A stretch of 64,000 bases of DNA from a bacterium (GCA_963662285.2 CAXXMV010000003.1:160001-224000); one strand, 5' to 3'. Numbered from the stretch's first letter, positions 1 through 10,840 are shown. Notes: generated by a model from the letters alone, not told the origin. A program made the numbers and translations.

Positions 1-324
1 TGTAAGTCCATCTCCCCCGTTGGAGCGCCAAATTTCCATTCCATTTACTACTACGTATACATAATTAGAATCTGTAGCCAAACCGTAGGTATCTTCGTTA
101 AAGATTGATAATGTCCAGTTAAGGCCTTCATTGTCAGTGTAATAGAGCGCATTGGCGCCCATGACATCTGCATAGATGCGGTTGGGCGTTCCGGGAAGGT
201 CGAAGGCGGACATGTGTTCAATCATACCGCCGAACAATCCCAGGTTTTTTCGAGCCGCTAATGAAGCGAAAGCAGTTTGAACCGATAATGCAATGACGAG
301 GCATAGAGCGATGCGTTTAATCAT
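1..324 (-). CDS. Partial secreted protein with BNR/Asp-box-like repeats (probable beta-propeller); runs off the window start
   Basis: Not in the ORF track; translated by hand from ATG at 324: MIKRIALCLVIALSVQTAFA (signal peptide)...ALYYTDNEGLNWT...IWRSNGGDGLT. Open to position 1; GGGAGA upstream. Confidence 0.7.
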   Translation of the reverse strand, partial: MIKRIALCLVIALSVQTAFASLAARKNLGLFGGMIEHMSAFDLPGTPNRIYADVMGANALYYTDNEGLNWTLSIFNEDTYGLATDSNYVYVVVNGMEIWRSNGGDGLT

Positions 325-476
325 AAGGTTTCTCCCGAATTTAATTTATTTAATAAATAATTTATATATAAATAATATATAAAACAAGATAAATGCATAT
401 CTTATTAAAATAATAACTGAATAAATAAGAATCGGAATAAAAAAAACGGAACATATTTAAAATTATTGTATACATT

Positions 477-1211
477 CTAAAACCATGGCGACCCATTAGC
501 GCGGCGGATGTGGATATCGTCCAGCATAGCGTTATTGCGATGAGTTAGTAGAAAATGTACGATTTCCGCAATCTCTTCAGGTTGGATTAGACCTGATGGA
601 TCAAGATCGGGACGCATTGATTTGACCATATCGGTATACACTCCACCCGGATTAATTGAGTGAACTCGAATGCCGAATGATTTTACTTCTTCAGCTAATA
701 CCTTTGTGAAACCTAACAAAGCATGCTTTGAGGCAGAGTATAAGGATTGTCCCTCATATCCTTTATGAGCAACCACTGAACCAATTTGGATAATCGATGC
801 GGCTGGTGATTTTTTTAATGCAGGAAGACATTCACGGCACAGAATGAATGGCGCCATGGCATTGACTGCGAAAAGGCGGTTCCATTCTTCATCGGTTGAT
901 TGATCAAATGTTTTTTTGATGGAGGCGCCGGCATTATTGATCAGGATATCGATTTGACCATACGCTTGCAGCGCCTCTTGGGCTAAATGTTTAACTTGAT
1001 CAGCTTGCGCTAGGTCGCACGACAAGGATTCAACGGCGCCATTTTTGCTTTTAATCTCTGATACGGTTTGTTCCAGATTTTGCTTTGAACTTGCGCATGC
1101 GATGATTCTCACTCCCGCACTGGCTAATTTTAAGGCAATGGCTTTCCCTATTCCTCTGCTGGCGCCGGTTATCAGGGCTGTTTTGTTGGATAATGGATGA
1201 GTGTTCGTCAT
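477..1211 (-). CDS. Short-chain dehydrogenase/reductase (SDR) family oxidoreductase
   Basis: TGASRGIG Rossmann motif, NNAG, catalytic YSASK, NPGGVYT. Confidence 0.93.
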   Translation of the reverse strand: MTNTHPLSNKTALITGASRGIGKAIALKLASAGVRIIACASSKQNLEQTVSEIKSKNGAVESLSCDLAQADQVKHLAQEALQAYGQIDILINNAGASIKKTFDQSTDEEWNRLFAVNAMAPFILCRECLPALKKSPAASIIQIGSVVAHKGYEGQSLYSASKHALLGFTKVLAEEVKSFGIRVHSINPGGVYTDMVKSMRPDLDPSGLIQPEEIAEIVHFLLTHRNNAMLDDIHIRRANGSPWF

Positions 1212-1597
1212 TATTTATAACTCCAATTAAATAAATATGTAATGCGTACTATAGATTGTAAAGGTAAAGCAATGAATATAATATTTAAGTTGTATTATTA
1301 AAATAAAGTCTCATTATATTATTCAGTTCTAATTAATCAGATAAAATACTCATTAATTATAATAAATAAACTGTTTTATAAATTTGTCTTTCTAGTACAA
1401 TTATATTTGATGAAACTTTGTTAAATATAGAATATCTTAATTCTATAGATCATATTTGAATGATATGCATTGTCGAAGTGAAATTGTAACTCGCTGTTAT
1501 GGAATATAAATTTATTTTGATTCTGGAAATTAAGTAAAAATCAAGTATTGAATATAATAAGTAGAATAATAATCGTGAATTATTATGGTGTTTTAAT

Positions 1598-2509
1598 ATG
1601 AAAGTAATTATTGCTGATGATGATGCCACAACCAGGTGTTTACTCGAAAACACGATGAAAAAGTGGAATTATGATGTTGTTTCCACTACTAATGGTTTGG
1701 AGGCATTGGATGCATTGTTGCAACAGAATGAATCATGTATGGCTCTTCTTGACTGGGTGATGCCTGAAATTGATGGAATAGACGTATGCCGGTTAATTCG
1801 TGAAAAGCCGAAAGAACATGCCTATCTTTACATAATTATGTTGACTGGGAAACAAAGAAAAGAGGATGTTGTTGCGGGATTGGAAGCTGGCGCCGATGAT
1901 TTTTTAATTAAGCCGTTCGATTATGAAGAACTGCGTATGCGTATGCGCGTGGGTTTGCGCATCCTTGAATTACAGGATCAACTGACGGAAAAAGCCTATT
2001 ACGATCAACTGACCGGTATATATAATCGTATGGCGATTATGCAAATCCTCAAGCGGGAATTGGCGCGGTCAAAACGTTCTAATCAACCTCTCAGCATCAT
2101 CATGATTGACCTTGATCATTTTAAGCAAGTGAACGATACATATGGGCACTTAGGTGGTGATGCGATTCTTAAAGGAGCCGCGTCTTGTATGAGTGATGCG
2201 ATACGAACTTATGATTCTCTAGGCCGTTATGGTGGAGAAGAATTTTTGATTGTTGTTCCGGGTTGTAGACAAAATGAAACAAGAAGCCTGGCCAAGCGAA
2301 TCCAGGATAATCTTGCAGATACTGTCTTTGAATATAATGGTCAGGAGATAAGCATTACCGTCAGCATGGGCATCGCCGACAATCGTTGCATTGGAATCTC
2401 TGATATAGATTCTCTAATTCGTTTCGCCGACGAAGCGCTTTATCAAGCAAAAGATAATGGAAGAGACTGTTTTGTACTTGCTCCTGCAATATCTGTTCAT
2501 GAGATTTAA
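1598..2509 (+). CDS. Response-regulator diguanylate cyclase (REC + GGDEF, PleD/WspR-like)
   Basis: REC domain (IIADDD, LLDWVMP, KPF), DLDHFKQVNDTYGH, I-site RTYD, intact GGEEF. Confidence 0.93.
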   Translation: MKVIIADDDATTRCLLENTMKKWNYDVVSTTNGLEALDALLQQNESCMALLDWVMPEIDGIDVCRLIREKPKEHAYLYIIMLTGKQRKEDVVAGLEAGADDFLIKPFDYEELRMRMRVGLRILELQDQLTEKAYYDQLTGIYNRMAIMQILKRELARSKRSNQPLSIIMIDLDHFKQVNDTYGHLGGDAILKGAASCMSDAIRTYDSLGRYGGEEFLIVVPGCRQNETRSLAKRIQDNLADTVFEYNGQEISITVSMGIADNRCIGISDIDSLIRFADEALYQAKDNGRDCFVLAPAISVHEI

Positions 2510-2535
2510 TAACTCATTGTTTTTTTAATAATCTT

Positions 2536-4170
2536 TTAACGAAACGTCACGAATAAAGCCGTTGATACGCTCATCATAACTATCCACCAGAACATTAAAT
2601 TCCGTACGCCCCCATTCAACGAACGCTCAGATTGAGGCAGTCTAGCCCAACGCGAATTCCATATCGCATCAGGATCATACTGTTCTTGTGGATTGCGTGG
2701 GATAAGATAGGTCGAAAGAACCAGCGCAATAAAACAAAAGGCCCAACATATCGCCGCCCGGTTTAATAATGGGCTGATAGCGGCTATCCATTGTACTTTT
2801 TCGCCGAGGTTTACAGTTAGGATGATTAATAGAATTCCTATGACAATGCCGAAAACCAGAGTGAAAACCGCAGCCCGGCCATGCGCTTTGCGCCATAAAA
2901 AGGCCGCCAGGAAAATAACCGATATCGGTGGAGCGAAAAGCGCCGCCATATCCTGGATATAGATGAAAATTCCTTCTTTCCATAACAACAGAAATGGCGC
3001 TAGAGCGGTTCCGATCAAAATGATTATGAAGGTGGTCCAACGGCCTACTTTAACCAACGCCTCTTCAGATGCGTTGGGGCGTATGTAGCGTTTGTGGACG
3101 TCCATCGCCCATATTGTTGAGGATGAATTCAATACGCTGGAGACGGTGCTCATTATGGCAGCGATTAACGCCGCCAACAGGATCCCTTTGCCTGCCGAGG
3201 GAAGTAAATCATTGACCATTTGAACGTAAACAGCGTCTCTAACCAGCCCCGGACCGTATTTTGCAAAAGCTATCATGCCGGGGAAAACGATGATCAAGGG
3301 CAAGAAGACTTTGAGGAAGGCGCAGCCGATAACGCCCATCTTGGCGTCCCATTCACTTTTGGCGCCCAGGCATCTTTGGATATAAAACTGGTTGGTTCCC
3401 ACATACCACATGGAAAGCGTCAGCCAGAAGGTAGCCACTCCCGTCCAGGGGGAAAGTTCGTGATTGGCGGGCAGGATCAAACTAAAACGGGTCGCGTCTG
3501 CTGCGATATTTGCATCGATAACAGTTTGGAAATTTCCAACGTCTTTCAGTCCGAGAAACAGTAGTATTACTCCGCCCGCAATCAGGATGGCTACCTGTAG
3601 AACGTCTGTCCAGACTACTGACAGAAGACCGCCGTATATGCAATAGGCGGCGGTCGCCGCTGAAATCAATAAAATGCTGCCTACGAATCCTGCATTGATA
3701 TTCTCCATTGGTTGTTGAAGAGCCATTTCAAATATGATGCGCCCGCCCGCGTATAAGGCGGGAGTCAATACTACCAGCACCATGTGCGAAAGAGTCAGGC
3801 AGGCGAATACCGAACGCGTCGAGGCGGAATAACGCTTCTCCAGAAATTCGGGAATAGTATAAAGTTTTTTTCTATAAAAATAGGGGAGGAAAATCCACAG
3901 CAGAACAGAGTAGGGAATAAAATTGCCCCACTCGTAGGTTGCCGGCGCCAACCCGAAGGCGTAGGCTGAACCGATCATACCGATGAAATGTTCGGTTCCG
4001 ATGTTGGAGCCGGTCATAGAGAGCGATACGGCGTACCAAGGCAGTTTGCGACCCGCCAGGAAATAATCGTCGATCCGGTTTTTCTCTTTGCGGGCCACCC
4101 AGAATCCTAATCCCAATGTAACAGCGAAATATAGTATTGCTATGGATAATATAATCTGTATTTCGTTCAT
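2536..4170 (-). CDS. Sodium:solute symporter (SSS/SLC5 family), probably a sugar transporter
   Basis: DYFLAGRKLPW, SNIGTEHFIG, YGGLLSVVWTDVLQ, NQFYIQRCL, AAIMSTVSSVLNS; many TM helices. Confidence 0.92.
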   Translation of the reverse strand: MNEIQIILSIAILYFAVTLGLGFWVARKEKNRIDDYFLAGRKLPWYAVSLSMTGSNIGTEHFIGMIGSAYAFGLAPATYEWGNFIPYSVLLWIFLPYFYRKKLYTIPEFLEKRYSASTRSVFACLTLSHMVLVVLTPALYAGGRIIFEMALQQPMENINAGFVGSILLISAATAAYCIYGGLLSVVWTDVLQVAILIAGGVILLFLGLKDVGNFQTVIDANIAADATRFSLILPANHELSPWTGVATFWLTLSMWYVGTNQFYIQRCLGAKSEWDAKMGVIGCAFLKVFLPLIIVFPGMIAFAKYGPGLVRDAVYVQMVNDLLPSAGKGILLAALIAAIMSTVSSVLNSSSTIWAMDVHKRYIRPNASEEALVKVGRWTTFIIILIGTALAPFLLLWKEGIFIYIQDMAALFAPPISVIFLAAFLWRKAHGRAAVFTLVFGIVIGILLIILTVNLGEKVQWIAAISPLLNRAAICWAFCFIALVLSTYLIPRNPQEQYDPDAIWNSRWARLPQSERSLNGGVRNLMFWWIVMMSVSTALFVTFR

Positions 4171-4173
4171 TTA

Positions 4174-5430
4174 TTATTTCCCATTGAATTCACGCACTGC
4201 ATCGATCATAGCGATAATATTATTAACAGGCGTGTTGGCCTGGATATTGTGAATCGAGTTGAAGATGAAGCCGCCCTGTTGGGAGAATATCTTACAGCGG
4301 GATAAGGTCTCTTCCCTCACTTCTTCCGGCGTTCCGAAAGGCAAGGTTCGCTGAGTATCTATACCTCCACCCCAGAAAACAATTTTATCGCCATACTTAT
4401 CTTTTAGATGCTGCGGATCCATTCCTGCTGCTGAGCATTGGACTGGATTGAGGATTTCGAAGCCTGACTGGGCGAAAACGTCGATGAAGGTTTCTACTGC
4501 TCCACATGAATGTTTGAAGCATTTCCATGATGTATTTTTATGTATCCAGTCGTTGATCTGTTTGTAGTAGGGCATATATAAATTTTTGAAAGTATTTACC
4601 GAGCAAAAGGTAGATTTTTGGGTTCCGAAATCGGTTCCACAGAGAAATACCGCCTGAACCGCTTCGCCAACTATCTGGTGAATTTTGGCAAGATTCTCAA
4701 GCGCATATTCACATTGCTTTTCGAATATCTTATGGATGTAATCCTGCCGGGCTGCGGTGGACATATACCACTCAGCCACATCACGGATTCCTTTGGGATG
4801 TTTTAGAAATGGTCCTGGAACAAGAGCGATATCTCCAAAAGCAGTTCCTCCGAAGCAGGCGATAACTGCTTTTCCGCTGTTTTCTACACGTTTCACTTCA
4901 GCGGAGAAATGATTTAAATCTTCATCAGAAAGCGGGCCGAATTCTTCCAGATTGTCTTCGGGATTCAGATTAGCGTCATCTATAGGTTCCTGGCGGATAA
5001 TCGTATCGAAAAAGTAGCCCTCTTTGGGCATTCTTCCACTAGGTGGAGCGTTTACGTCGCCCTGCGGGTATATCAATATATCGCCGTTTTTATCTTCTAT
5101 GGTATTGAAATGTTCTGAAACCAGGACTTCTAATCCTTGAGGAGTTCGCCAGTTTTTCCAGTTTTCGTTAGGAAAGCCGAACATGGTGCAACGGGGATAT
5201 ATGCCGCACACATCAATTCCCATGGCTTCTTGCAGATCGTCATCTATCCAACCGAGCATCTGATATGGCTCATGTACTTTAACCGGAATTTTTTCGAGTC
5301 CGTAATAATCTCTCAAAGCATCAACGCAGGATACATGGATTCCGGTTACTGCGGTTGATCCGAAATCCACTGGAACTTGACCGGTATTTTCGTGATTAAG
5401 CGCAGCTAGAACTTTATCTTTACTATTCAT
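4174..5430 (-). CDS. Uroporphyrinogen decarboxylase / MtaA-CmuA methyltransferase family protein
   Basis: DFGTQ, Zn-type HSCG motif, ILNPVQ, FWGGGIDTQRTLPFGTPEEV, HNIQANTP; ends 3 nt before the SSS start, so probably co-transcribed. Confidence 0.85.
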   Translation of the reverse strand: MNSKDKVLAALNHENTGQVPVDFGSTAVTGIHVSCVDALRDYYGLEKIPVKVHEPYQMLGWIDDDLQEAMGIDVCGIYPRCTMFGFPNENWKNWRTPQGLEVLVSEHFNTIEDKNGDILIYPQGDVNAPPSGRMPKEGYFFDTIIRQEPIDDANLNPEDNLEEFGPLSDEDLNHFSAEVKRVENSGKAVIACFGGTAFGDIALVPGPFLKHPKGIRDVAEWYMSTAARQDYIHKIFEKQCEYALENLAKIHQIVGEAVQAVFLCGTDFGTQKSTFCSVNTFKNLYMPYYKQINDWIHKNTSWKCFKHSCGAVETFIDVFAQSGFEILNPVQCSAAGMDPQHLKDKYGDKIVFWGGGIDTQRTLPFGTPEEVREETLSRCKIFSQQGGFIFNSIHNIQANTPVNNIIAMIDAVREFNGK

Positions 5431-5828
5431 GATTCTTTTTCCTTAAGGACTCGAACGCAATATTTCTTATGAAATTATGAAAACTATAAATATAATACGA
5501 TAAAACGTATGTATTTATATACCCCGATGAACCATGTTATTGTGATTGAGCGACTCGACTAAAGTAATCTGGATGGATAATTATACTATGCGTTATTCGC
5601 TATAATTTTATCTATTCAGTAGACAAGCATCCATGTTAATTATTGGTTTGGCATTGATCTTGTGTAATGTGGACATTTCTTTTGCCGACGTTTCAAGTAC
5701 AATTAATTTTGAAGATATTACAAGATTATTCAGTAAAAGGATCGCAGCTAACTTACGATCAATCCAAGGACCAGTTACTTATTCCAAATAAGCATGTAGC
5801 GTTACAACATGTTCTTCTTTCCTTAAGT

Positions 5829-5857
5829 TTGACGGTCTAATTCATTGACCATATATT
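5829..5857 (+). promoter_or_regulatory. Putative sigma70 promoter for hypAB
   Basis: TTGACG-N17-TATATT, 45 nt upstream of the hypA ATG. Confidence 0.5.
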
Positions 5858-5902
5858 ATGGCTTGGTCTCTTCCACGTTAGCGTTTATTTTAGGTATTTG
5901 TT

Positions 5903-6256
5903 ATGCATGAATTATCAATTGCTCAGGATATTTGTGAATCTGTTGAACGCACCGCTATAGAAAACAACGCTGTTCAGGTGAAGACGATTAGAATTTTGAT
6001 GGGAGAGCAATCTCATCTCGAAAAACGCAGTCTGGCTTTTTGCCTCGAATCAATAGCTCAAGATACAGTGCTTGAGAATGCCAAGATTGAATTTATTCCC
6101 AACCAAGCCGATATGGAGTGTCCCAAATGCGGACGCTTTCCATTATATGATAAAAAGGGCGGGGAGATTTGCCCAAAATGCGGCGGCGCAGCCAAAAGCC
6201 TGCCGCCGATGGATATTTACATACAGGAGTTAGTGCTCGATGTCGAAGACGATTAA
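5903..6256 (+). CDS. hypA: Hydrogenase maturation nickel metallochaperone HypA
   Basis: N-terminal MHE Ni motif; two CPKC Zn motifs. Confidence 0.93.
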   Translation: MHELSIAQDICESVERTAIENNAVQVKTIRILMGEQSHLEKRSLAFCLESIAQDTVLENAKIEFIPNQADMECPKCGRFPLYDKKGGEICPKCGGAAKSLPPMDIYIQELVLDVEDD

Positions 6257-6893
6257 GTTGGAAAAAAAAGTATTATCAAAAAGCGCTGAGATAGCTAAAG
6301 ACCTGCGCAAGTTCTTTAAGGAACGCGGCATATTCGTGATTAACCTGATTGGTTCTCCCGGAGCAGGGAAGACCAGTTTTCTCGAATCATTGGCATCCAG
6401 GGTTAAAGGTCAAGCAGCTGTTATCGAAGGCGATCTGCAGACCGACGAAGACAAACGACGGATTGAAAAAGCAGGACTGCCCGCCTATGAGATCAATACA
6501 ATTGGCGCCTGCCATCTGGACGCCAAGATGATTCAGGATGCCTTGGAGGAATTTCCTCTAGGTGAGATCAAATACCTGTTTATTGAGAATGTCGGCAACC
6601 TGGTTTGTCCCGCTGGTTTTGAAATTGGAGAAGATTTTAAGGTGGCCATAATTTCAGTTACCGAAGGTGACGATAAACCGGCCAAGTATCCGGTTGCCTT
6701 GAGAAATTCACGAGCTATGGTGGTTACCAAAATTGATCTGCTGCCTCATTTACGATGCGATGTGGAGCGGATGAAACGCGATGCGCTTGTTTCAAATCCA
6801 GACCTGGAGATTTTCGAATCCTCAGCCTCAACCGGCGAAGGGATAGATTCTTTCATGGAATGGCTAGCCCAACAGGCCGCATCAAGGGAATAA
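6240..6893 (+). CDS. hypB: Hydrogenase nickel incorporation GTPase HypB
   Basis: GSPGAGKT, IEGD, GACHLDA, ENVGNLVCPA, EGDDKPAKYP, TKIDL; overlaps the hypA end. Confidence 0.95.
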   Translation: MSKTIKLEKKVLSKSAEIAKDLRKFFKERGIFVINLIGSPGAGKTSFLESLASRVKGQAAVIEGDLQTDEDKRRIEKAGLPAYEINTIGACHLDAKMIQDALEEFPLGEIKYLFIENVGNLVCPAGFEIGEDFKVAIISVTEGDDKPAKYPVALRNSRAMVVTKIDLLPHLRCDVERMKRDALVSNPDLEIFESSASTGEGIDSFMEWLAQQAASRE

Positions 6894-6911
6894 TAAAGAT
6901 ACTTGAATATA

Positions 6912-6990
6912 ATTGGGTGGTTGGCAAGGGCTAACCACCCAATATTTTGACTCAACGCTTTCCCTCTTTCATTTGAAGAGGGTTTTTTAT
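6912..6990 (+). terminator. Two tandem hairpins after hypB (probable intrinsic terminator)
   Basis: ATTGGGTGGTTGGC/GCTAACCACCCAAT, then CCCTCTT/AAGAGGG followed by a T tract. Confidence 0.6.
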
Positions 6991-7141
6991 TTTAATATGT
7001 TCAAAGACTATGTATGACATGTTTCCCGGGTTGACGTAACAGTCGCCATGTTGGAAGATAGTATTCCAATAATGAAAACAAGATTGATTATTGCTCCAAT
7101 AAATGGCTGTAACGCTGAGCAAACGAAAATTAGGTGGTTCT

Positions 7142-10100
7142 ATGAATAATAACATAAGAATTATGTTTCAAGGAATGTTGTTATTGTTGTTGTTTACGGT
7201 GGGTTTTGCGCCGGGCGCAATTGCTGGAGATTTAGATTTTAGCGACCCTGTTAATTTTACGCCAGCGCCGTCCAATGCGATTGGATATCCTAGCCGGGAC
7301 GCTAATCTGGATGCGCTGCCCGGTTTTAAGAATCCGCCTCCAGGATATGGCGAAATACCGTTTTGGTGGTGGACTGGTGATCCACTTGATGTGGATAGAT
7401 TGATCTGGGAACTAGACCTGTTGCAACAGAAGGGCATCAGCGGGGTGCAGGTTAACTATTCCCATGATGATACGCCGGGTATGCCTACTTCTGCGATGGA
7501 GCCTCCTATTTTCAGCGAGGATTGGTGGGCCATCTGGGGCCGGATCGCCGATGAATGCCGTAAGAGGGGTATGGGGATTGGCTTAAGCACTTATACGCTC
7601 GATTGGCCATACGCGGATGATCTGTTTAGGCGAATATTCTATTCAAATAAGAAACTGAATGCATTTAAGCTAAATCCTCTACCGCGTAAACGTCTTAAAA
7701 CTGGAGAATCTGTTTCTGTTGATGCTCCTGCTGATTTAATTGCCGCGCGCGCATATCGAATTGAAAATGACATTCTATGTCAAGGCGGTATTAACTTGAT
7801 TCAGCATATCAGCGATGGCCGCCTTTCCTGGACTGCTCCAGAGGGAGAATGGGAACTGTGGCTGGTTCAAGCTGAACGGCAAGACAACACGATAAATCCC
7901 TTGATGGAAGGAGTAGGCGAGATAGTTATTAATGACTTTTATCAGAAATTCCAGGATGCTACGCCTAACAAGTCGCCTGAAGGATTGAATTATTTCTTCA
8001 ACGACGAACTGCATATTGGCGCTGGAACTCATGTATGGAATGCTGATCTAGCTGAAGAATTCAAGAAACGCAAAGGTTACGACCTGTTAGATGTATTGCC
8101 CGCCTTATGGAGCGACATAGGCGCCATGACGCCCAAGGTGCGTATGGACTACGCCGACGTTCGGATGACGTTGATGGAAGAGCGTTATTTTAAGCCAATC
8201 TACCGTTGGCATGCCTCGCGAGGCCTGATTTTCGCTTGCGACTCTGGTGGTCGCGGCTTGCGCCCCAATGAGTTTGGCGACTATTTCAGAGCCACGCGTT
8301 GGTATAGCGCACCCGGTCACGATACTCCAGGAGGTAATGCCGATCTGATCAAGGGCAAAGTCTCCTCTTCTGTCGCAAGTCTCTACCGCCGCCCACGGGT
8401 ATGGTTGGAGGGCTATCATAGCCTGGGCTGGGGAGCAACGCCGGAACGGTTGATGTTCGCCACCCGCGAGAATTTTTTGTATGGTTGCACGCTGCTCAAT
8501 CTGCATGGATTATATTACAGTACTCATGGCTCATTCTGGGAATGGGCGCCGCCTAGCTACCATTTCCGTATGCCCTATTGGGAACACATGGGCGTGTTCT
8601 TAAAATATTTTGACCGCCTTTCGTATTTGCTGAGCCAAGGCGCATTTGTATGCGACGTTGCGGTGCTATATCCTGTCGCCCCGTTTGAGGCTGGGCTTGA
8701 TGGAGCAAAAGCAACTCAAACGGCCTTTGATACAGCCCGCGCTCTTATGGCCGCTGGTATAAATTTTGAGTTTGTGGATGCCGATTCGTTATCCCGCGCC
8801 CGGATTCGTAATGACCGCTTGGAAATTACTGATTCGTCATATCGCGTACTCATCTTCCCGTCTATGGAAGCTGTGCGTTGGTCATCACTGCAAAAAGCAG
8901 GTCAATTCGCTAAGTCGTGCGGCATGGTGTTGAATATTGGCGGGCTTCCATTAGCCAGCGATCATAATGGCCGTGATGACAAAGAATTGGACGACCTGGT
9001 GAATGTCTTGTTTCCATCCCAGAATCGCCTGGCCAAACCGGACGATGCGCCTGCAATGATACTGAGCGCATTTACTCCCGATACACAAGCAGATAAAACA
9101 GTTCGTACGCTGCACCGTAAAATCGGGCAGCGTGACGTATATATGGTAATGGATGCAGCCAAGAATTCTGTAGTCGAATTCCGCGCCAAGGGAAAGGTTG
9201 AATTATGGGATCCCTGGACTGGCGTATCTCGACCGCTGCGTGTTCTTGGCGAGACGGATACTGGAACGAAAGTGGAGTTGCCGTTGGAAGAATATGAGGC
9301 TCAGATAGTCGTGTTTACTCCTGGTCAGATGCATGTCAATCCACCAAAGTTTACTGAACGGTCGGTGCAGAAAATCACCTTGGATGGAGATTGGGAGTTT
9401 GAATTGAAACCGACGATGGATAACCGCTATGGTGATTTCCGGCTGCCGGTGGTTGATAAGATCATCGGGGCGGAAGCGCGTATTTTCCGTCACGCCGTTG
9501 AGAGTGGTGATGTTTCAACATGGAAAACGCCTGATTTTGATGATAGCAATTGGGAGCGCGACGCTTATGATTTCGGCCCGCAATTCTGGTTGCTCGGACC
9601 GGTTCCAGCCGATTTGGCGGATGAAGAACTTGATGTCCGGCTGGCCAAACTTACGAAGATAAATCCACAAGAAGCGGTTACAGTTGGCGGCAAGTCGTTC
9701 TCATGGCGTTTATATGATTTCTCCTGGCGTCAGGGGTTCGAAGGCGATCCCGGCCACCAGGGTTGGCATGGTTTGAAAGAAAAAATTTCTGATCATTTTC
9801 TATGTATTGGGAAAATTGAAAAAGCATATCACGAAAATAAATATGCACCTGAAATAGAGGGTGGTCGTTATTATCTCTGGACCAGCGCTACGGTTGACCA
9901 ACAGACTATGGCCCGTATAGTTGCCAGCGCCCAGCATGATGGAGAGAAGCCGCATGCATCTGAGGTATTGACTCCGGCATCTGTTTTTCTGAATGGAGCA
10001 CGGGTCGATAACATGCAACAGGCAGTGTCTCTGCATTCCGGCGTGAATCCTATCCTGGTTCGATACGATCATGCAGGCCGGGGATATTTCGTATTGCAAC

Positions 10101-10807
10101 GCGACCAGAATGACGCGGAGGCGTTGAAGCGCACTCCATTGGCCATGAGATGGTTTGATGATTCTTCGGTGATTCCATTCGATGTGTATGCTGGCGTCAA
10201 GCCCGCAGAATGGTTCCGTTTTACTGCTCCACCGGGATTACGTTCTATGATGGTTCAAGCAAAAGGTAAAGTAGAGGCTTGGGTGGATGGTAAAACTATG
10301 CATGATGGCGGGCAAGGACGTTTTGAGGCGGTTGCGCCTGTGCGGCGTGAATCTGTGGTTGCTCTGCGCGTAATGCCTGATACCGGCGTCAGCGGCGCGG
10401 CGGTTTTTCCCGAACCGATACAATTGGACTGCGGTTCTGGCATCACCTCAGTCGGCGACTGGTCGAAGAGAGGCGCGTTGGAGTGCTACTCCGGCGGCGC
10501 ATGGTATCGCAAGAGTGTGACGCTGAAACCGGAGCAGATGGGCGATAGTATAACGCTTGATCTCGGAAAAGTAGTCGCCACAGCTGAAGTTCGCGTTAAT
10601 GGTAAAGCGGCGGGTATTCGCGTAGCCCCTCCCTGGCGCGTAGATATATCGAAATTAGTGAAGCCTGGCGAGAATCTGATAGAGGTGCTGGTATTCAATA
10701 CGCTCGCCAATCACTATTTGACCATTCCAACCCGCTACCGGGGTGAATCGACTTCTGGTCTACTCGGACTGGTTACTCTGGAAATTGCGACAAGTAATGA
10801 TCGTTAA
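7142..10807 (+). CDS. Secreted GH106 (alpha-L-rhamnosidase)-like glycoside hydrolase with C-terminal GH2-type sugar-binding domain
   Basis: Signal peptide; FKNPP..PFWWW; YFFNDEL; HSLGWG; ELWDPWTG; C-terminal LDLGKV..AEVRVNG..PPWRVDI..GENLIEVLVFNT..SGLLG. Start moved to ATG 7142 (AGGTGG upstream); the track start is 7103. Confidence 0.75.
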   Translation: MNNNIRIMFQGMLLLLLFTVGFAPGAIAGDLDFSDPVNFTPAPSNAIGYPSRDANLDALPGFKNPPPGYGEIPFWWWTGDPLDVDRLIWELDLLQQKGISGVQVNYSHDDTPGMPTSAMEPPIFSEDWWAIWGRIADECRKRGMGIGLSTYTLDWPYADDLFRRIFYSNKKLNAFKLNPLPRKRLKTGESVSVDAPADLIAARAYRIENDILCQGGINLIQHISDGRLSWTAPEGEWELWLVQAERQDNTINPLMEGVGEIVINDFYQKFQDATPNKSPEGLNYFFNDELHIGAGTHVWNADLAEEFKKRKGYDLLDVLPALWSDIGAMTPKVRMDYADVRMTLMEERYFKPIYRWHASRGLIFACDSGGRGLRPNEFGDYFRATRWYSAPGHDTPGGNADLIKGKVSSSVASLYRRPRVWLEGYHSLGWGATPERLMFATRENFLYGCTLLNLHGLYYSTHGSFWEWAPPSYHFRMPYWEHMGVFLKYFDRLSYLLSQGAFVCDVAVLYPVAPFEAGLDGAKATQTAFDTARALMAAGINFEFVDADSLSRARIRNDRLEITDSSYRVLIFPSMEAVRWSSLQKAGQFAKSCGMVLNIGGLPLASDHNGRDDKELDDLVNVLFPSQNRLAKPDDAPAMILSAFTPDTQADKTVRTLHRKIGQRDVYMVMDAAKNSVVEFRAKGKVELWDPWTGVSRPLRVLGETDTGTKVELPLEEYEAQIVVFTPGQMHVNPPKFTERSVQKITLDGDWEFELKPTMDNRYGDFRLPVVDKIIGAEARIFRHAVESGDVSTWKTPDFDDSNWERDAYDFGPQFWLLGPVPADLADEELDVRLAKLTKINPQEAVTVGGKSFSWRLYDFSWRQGFEGDPGHQGWHGLKEKISDHFLCIGKIEKAYHENKYAPEIEGGRYYLWTSATVDQQTMARIVASAQHDGEKPHASEVLTPASVFLNGARVDNMQQAVSLHSGVNPILVRYDHAGRGYFVLQRDQNDAEALKRTPLAMRWFDDSSVIPFDVYAGVKPAEWFRFTAPPGLRSMMVQAKGKVEAWVDGKTMHDGGQGRFEAVAPVRRESVVALRVMPDTGVSGAAVFPEPIQLDCGSGITSVGDWSKRGALECYSGGAWYRKSVTLKPEQMGDSITLDLGKVVATAEVRVNGKAAGIRVAPPWRVDISKLVKPGENLIEVLVFNTLANHYLTIPTRYRGESTSGLLGLVTLEIATSNDR

Positions 10808-10840
10808 TGTATGAGATTTATTTTATTGCGTGAGTGGTTT

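Noticed and set aside
1450-1653. 67-aa minus-strand ORF
   Set aside because: It lies in a low-complexity AT-rich promoter region and overlaps the start of the diguanylate cyclase.
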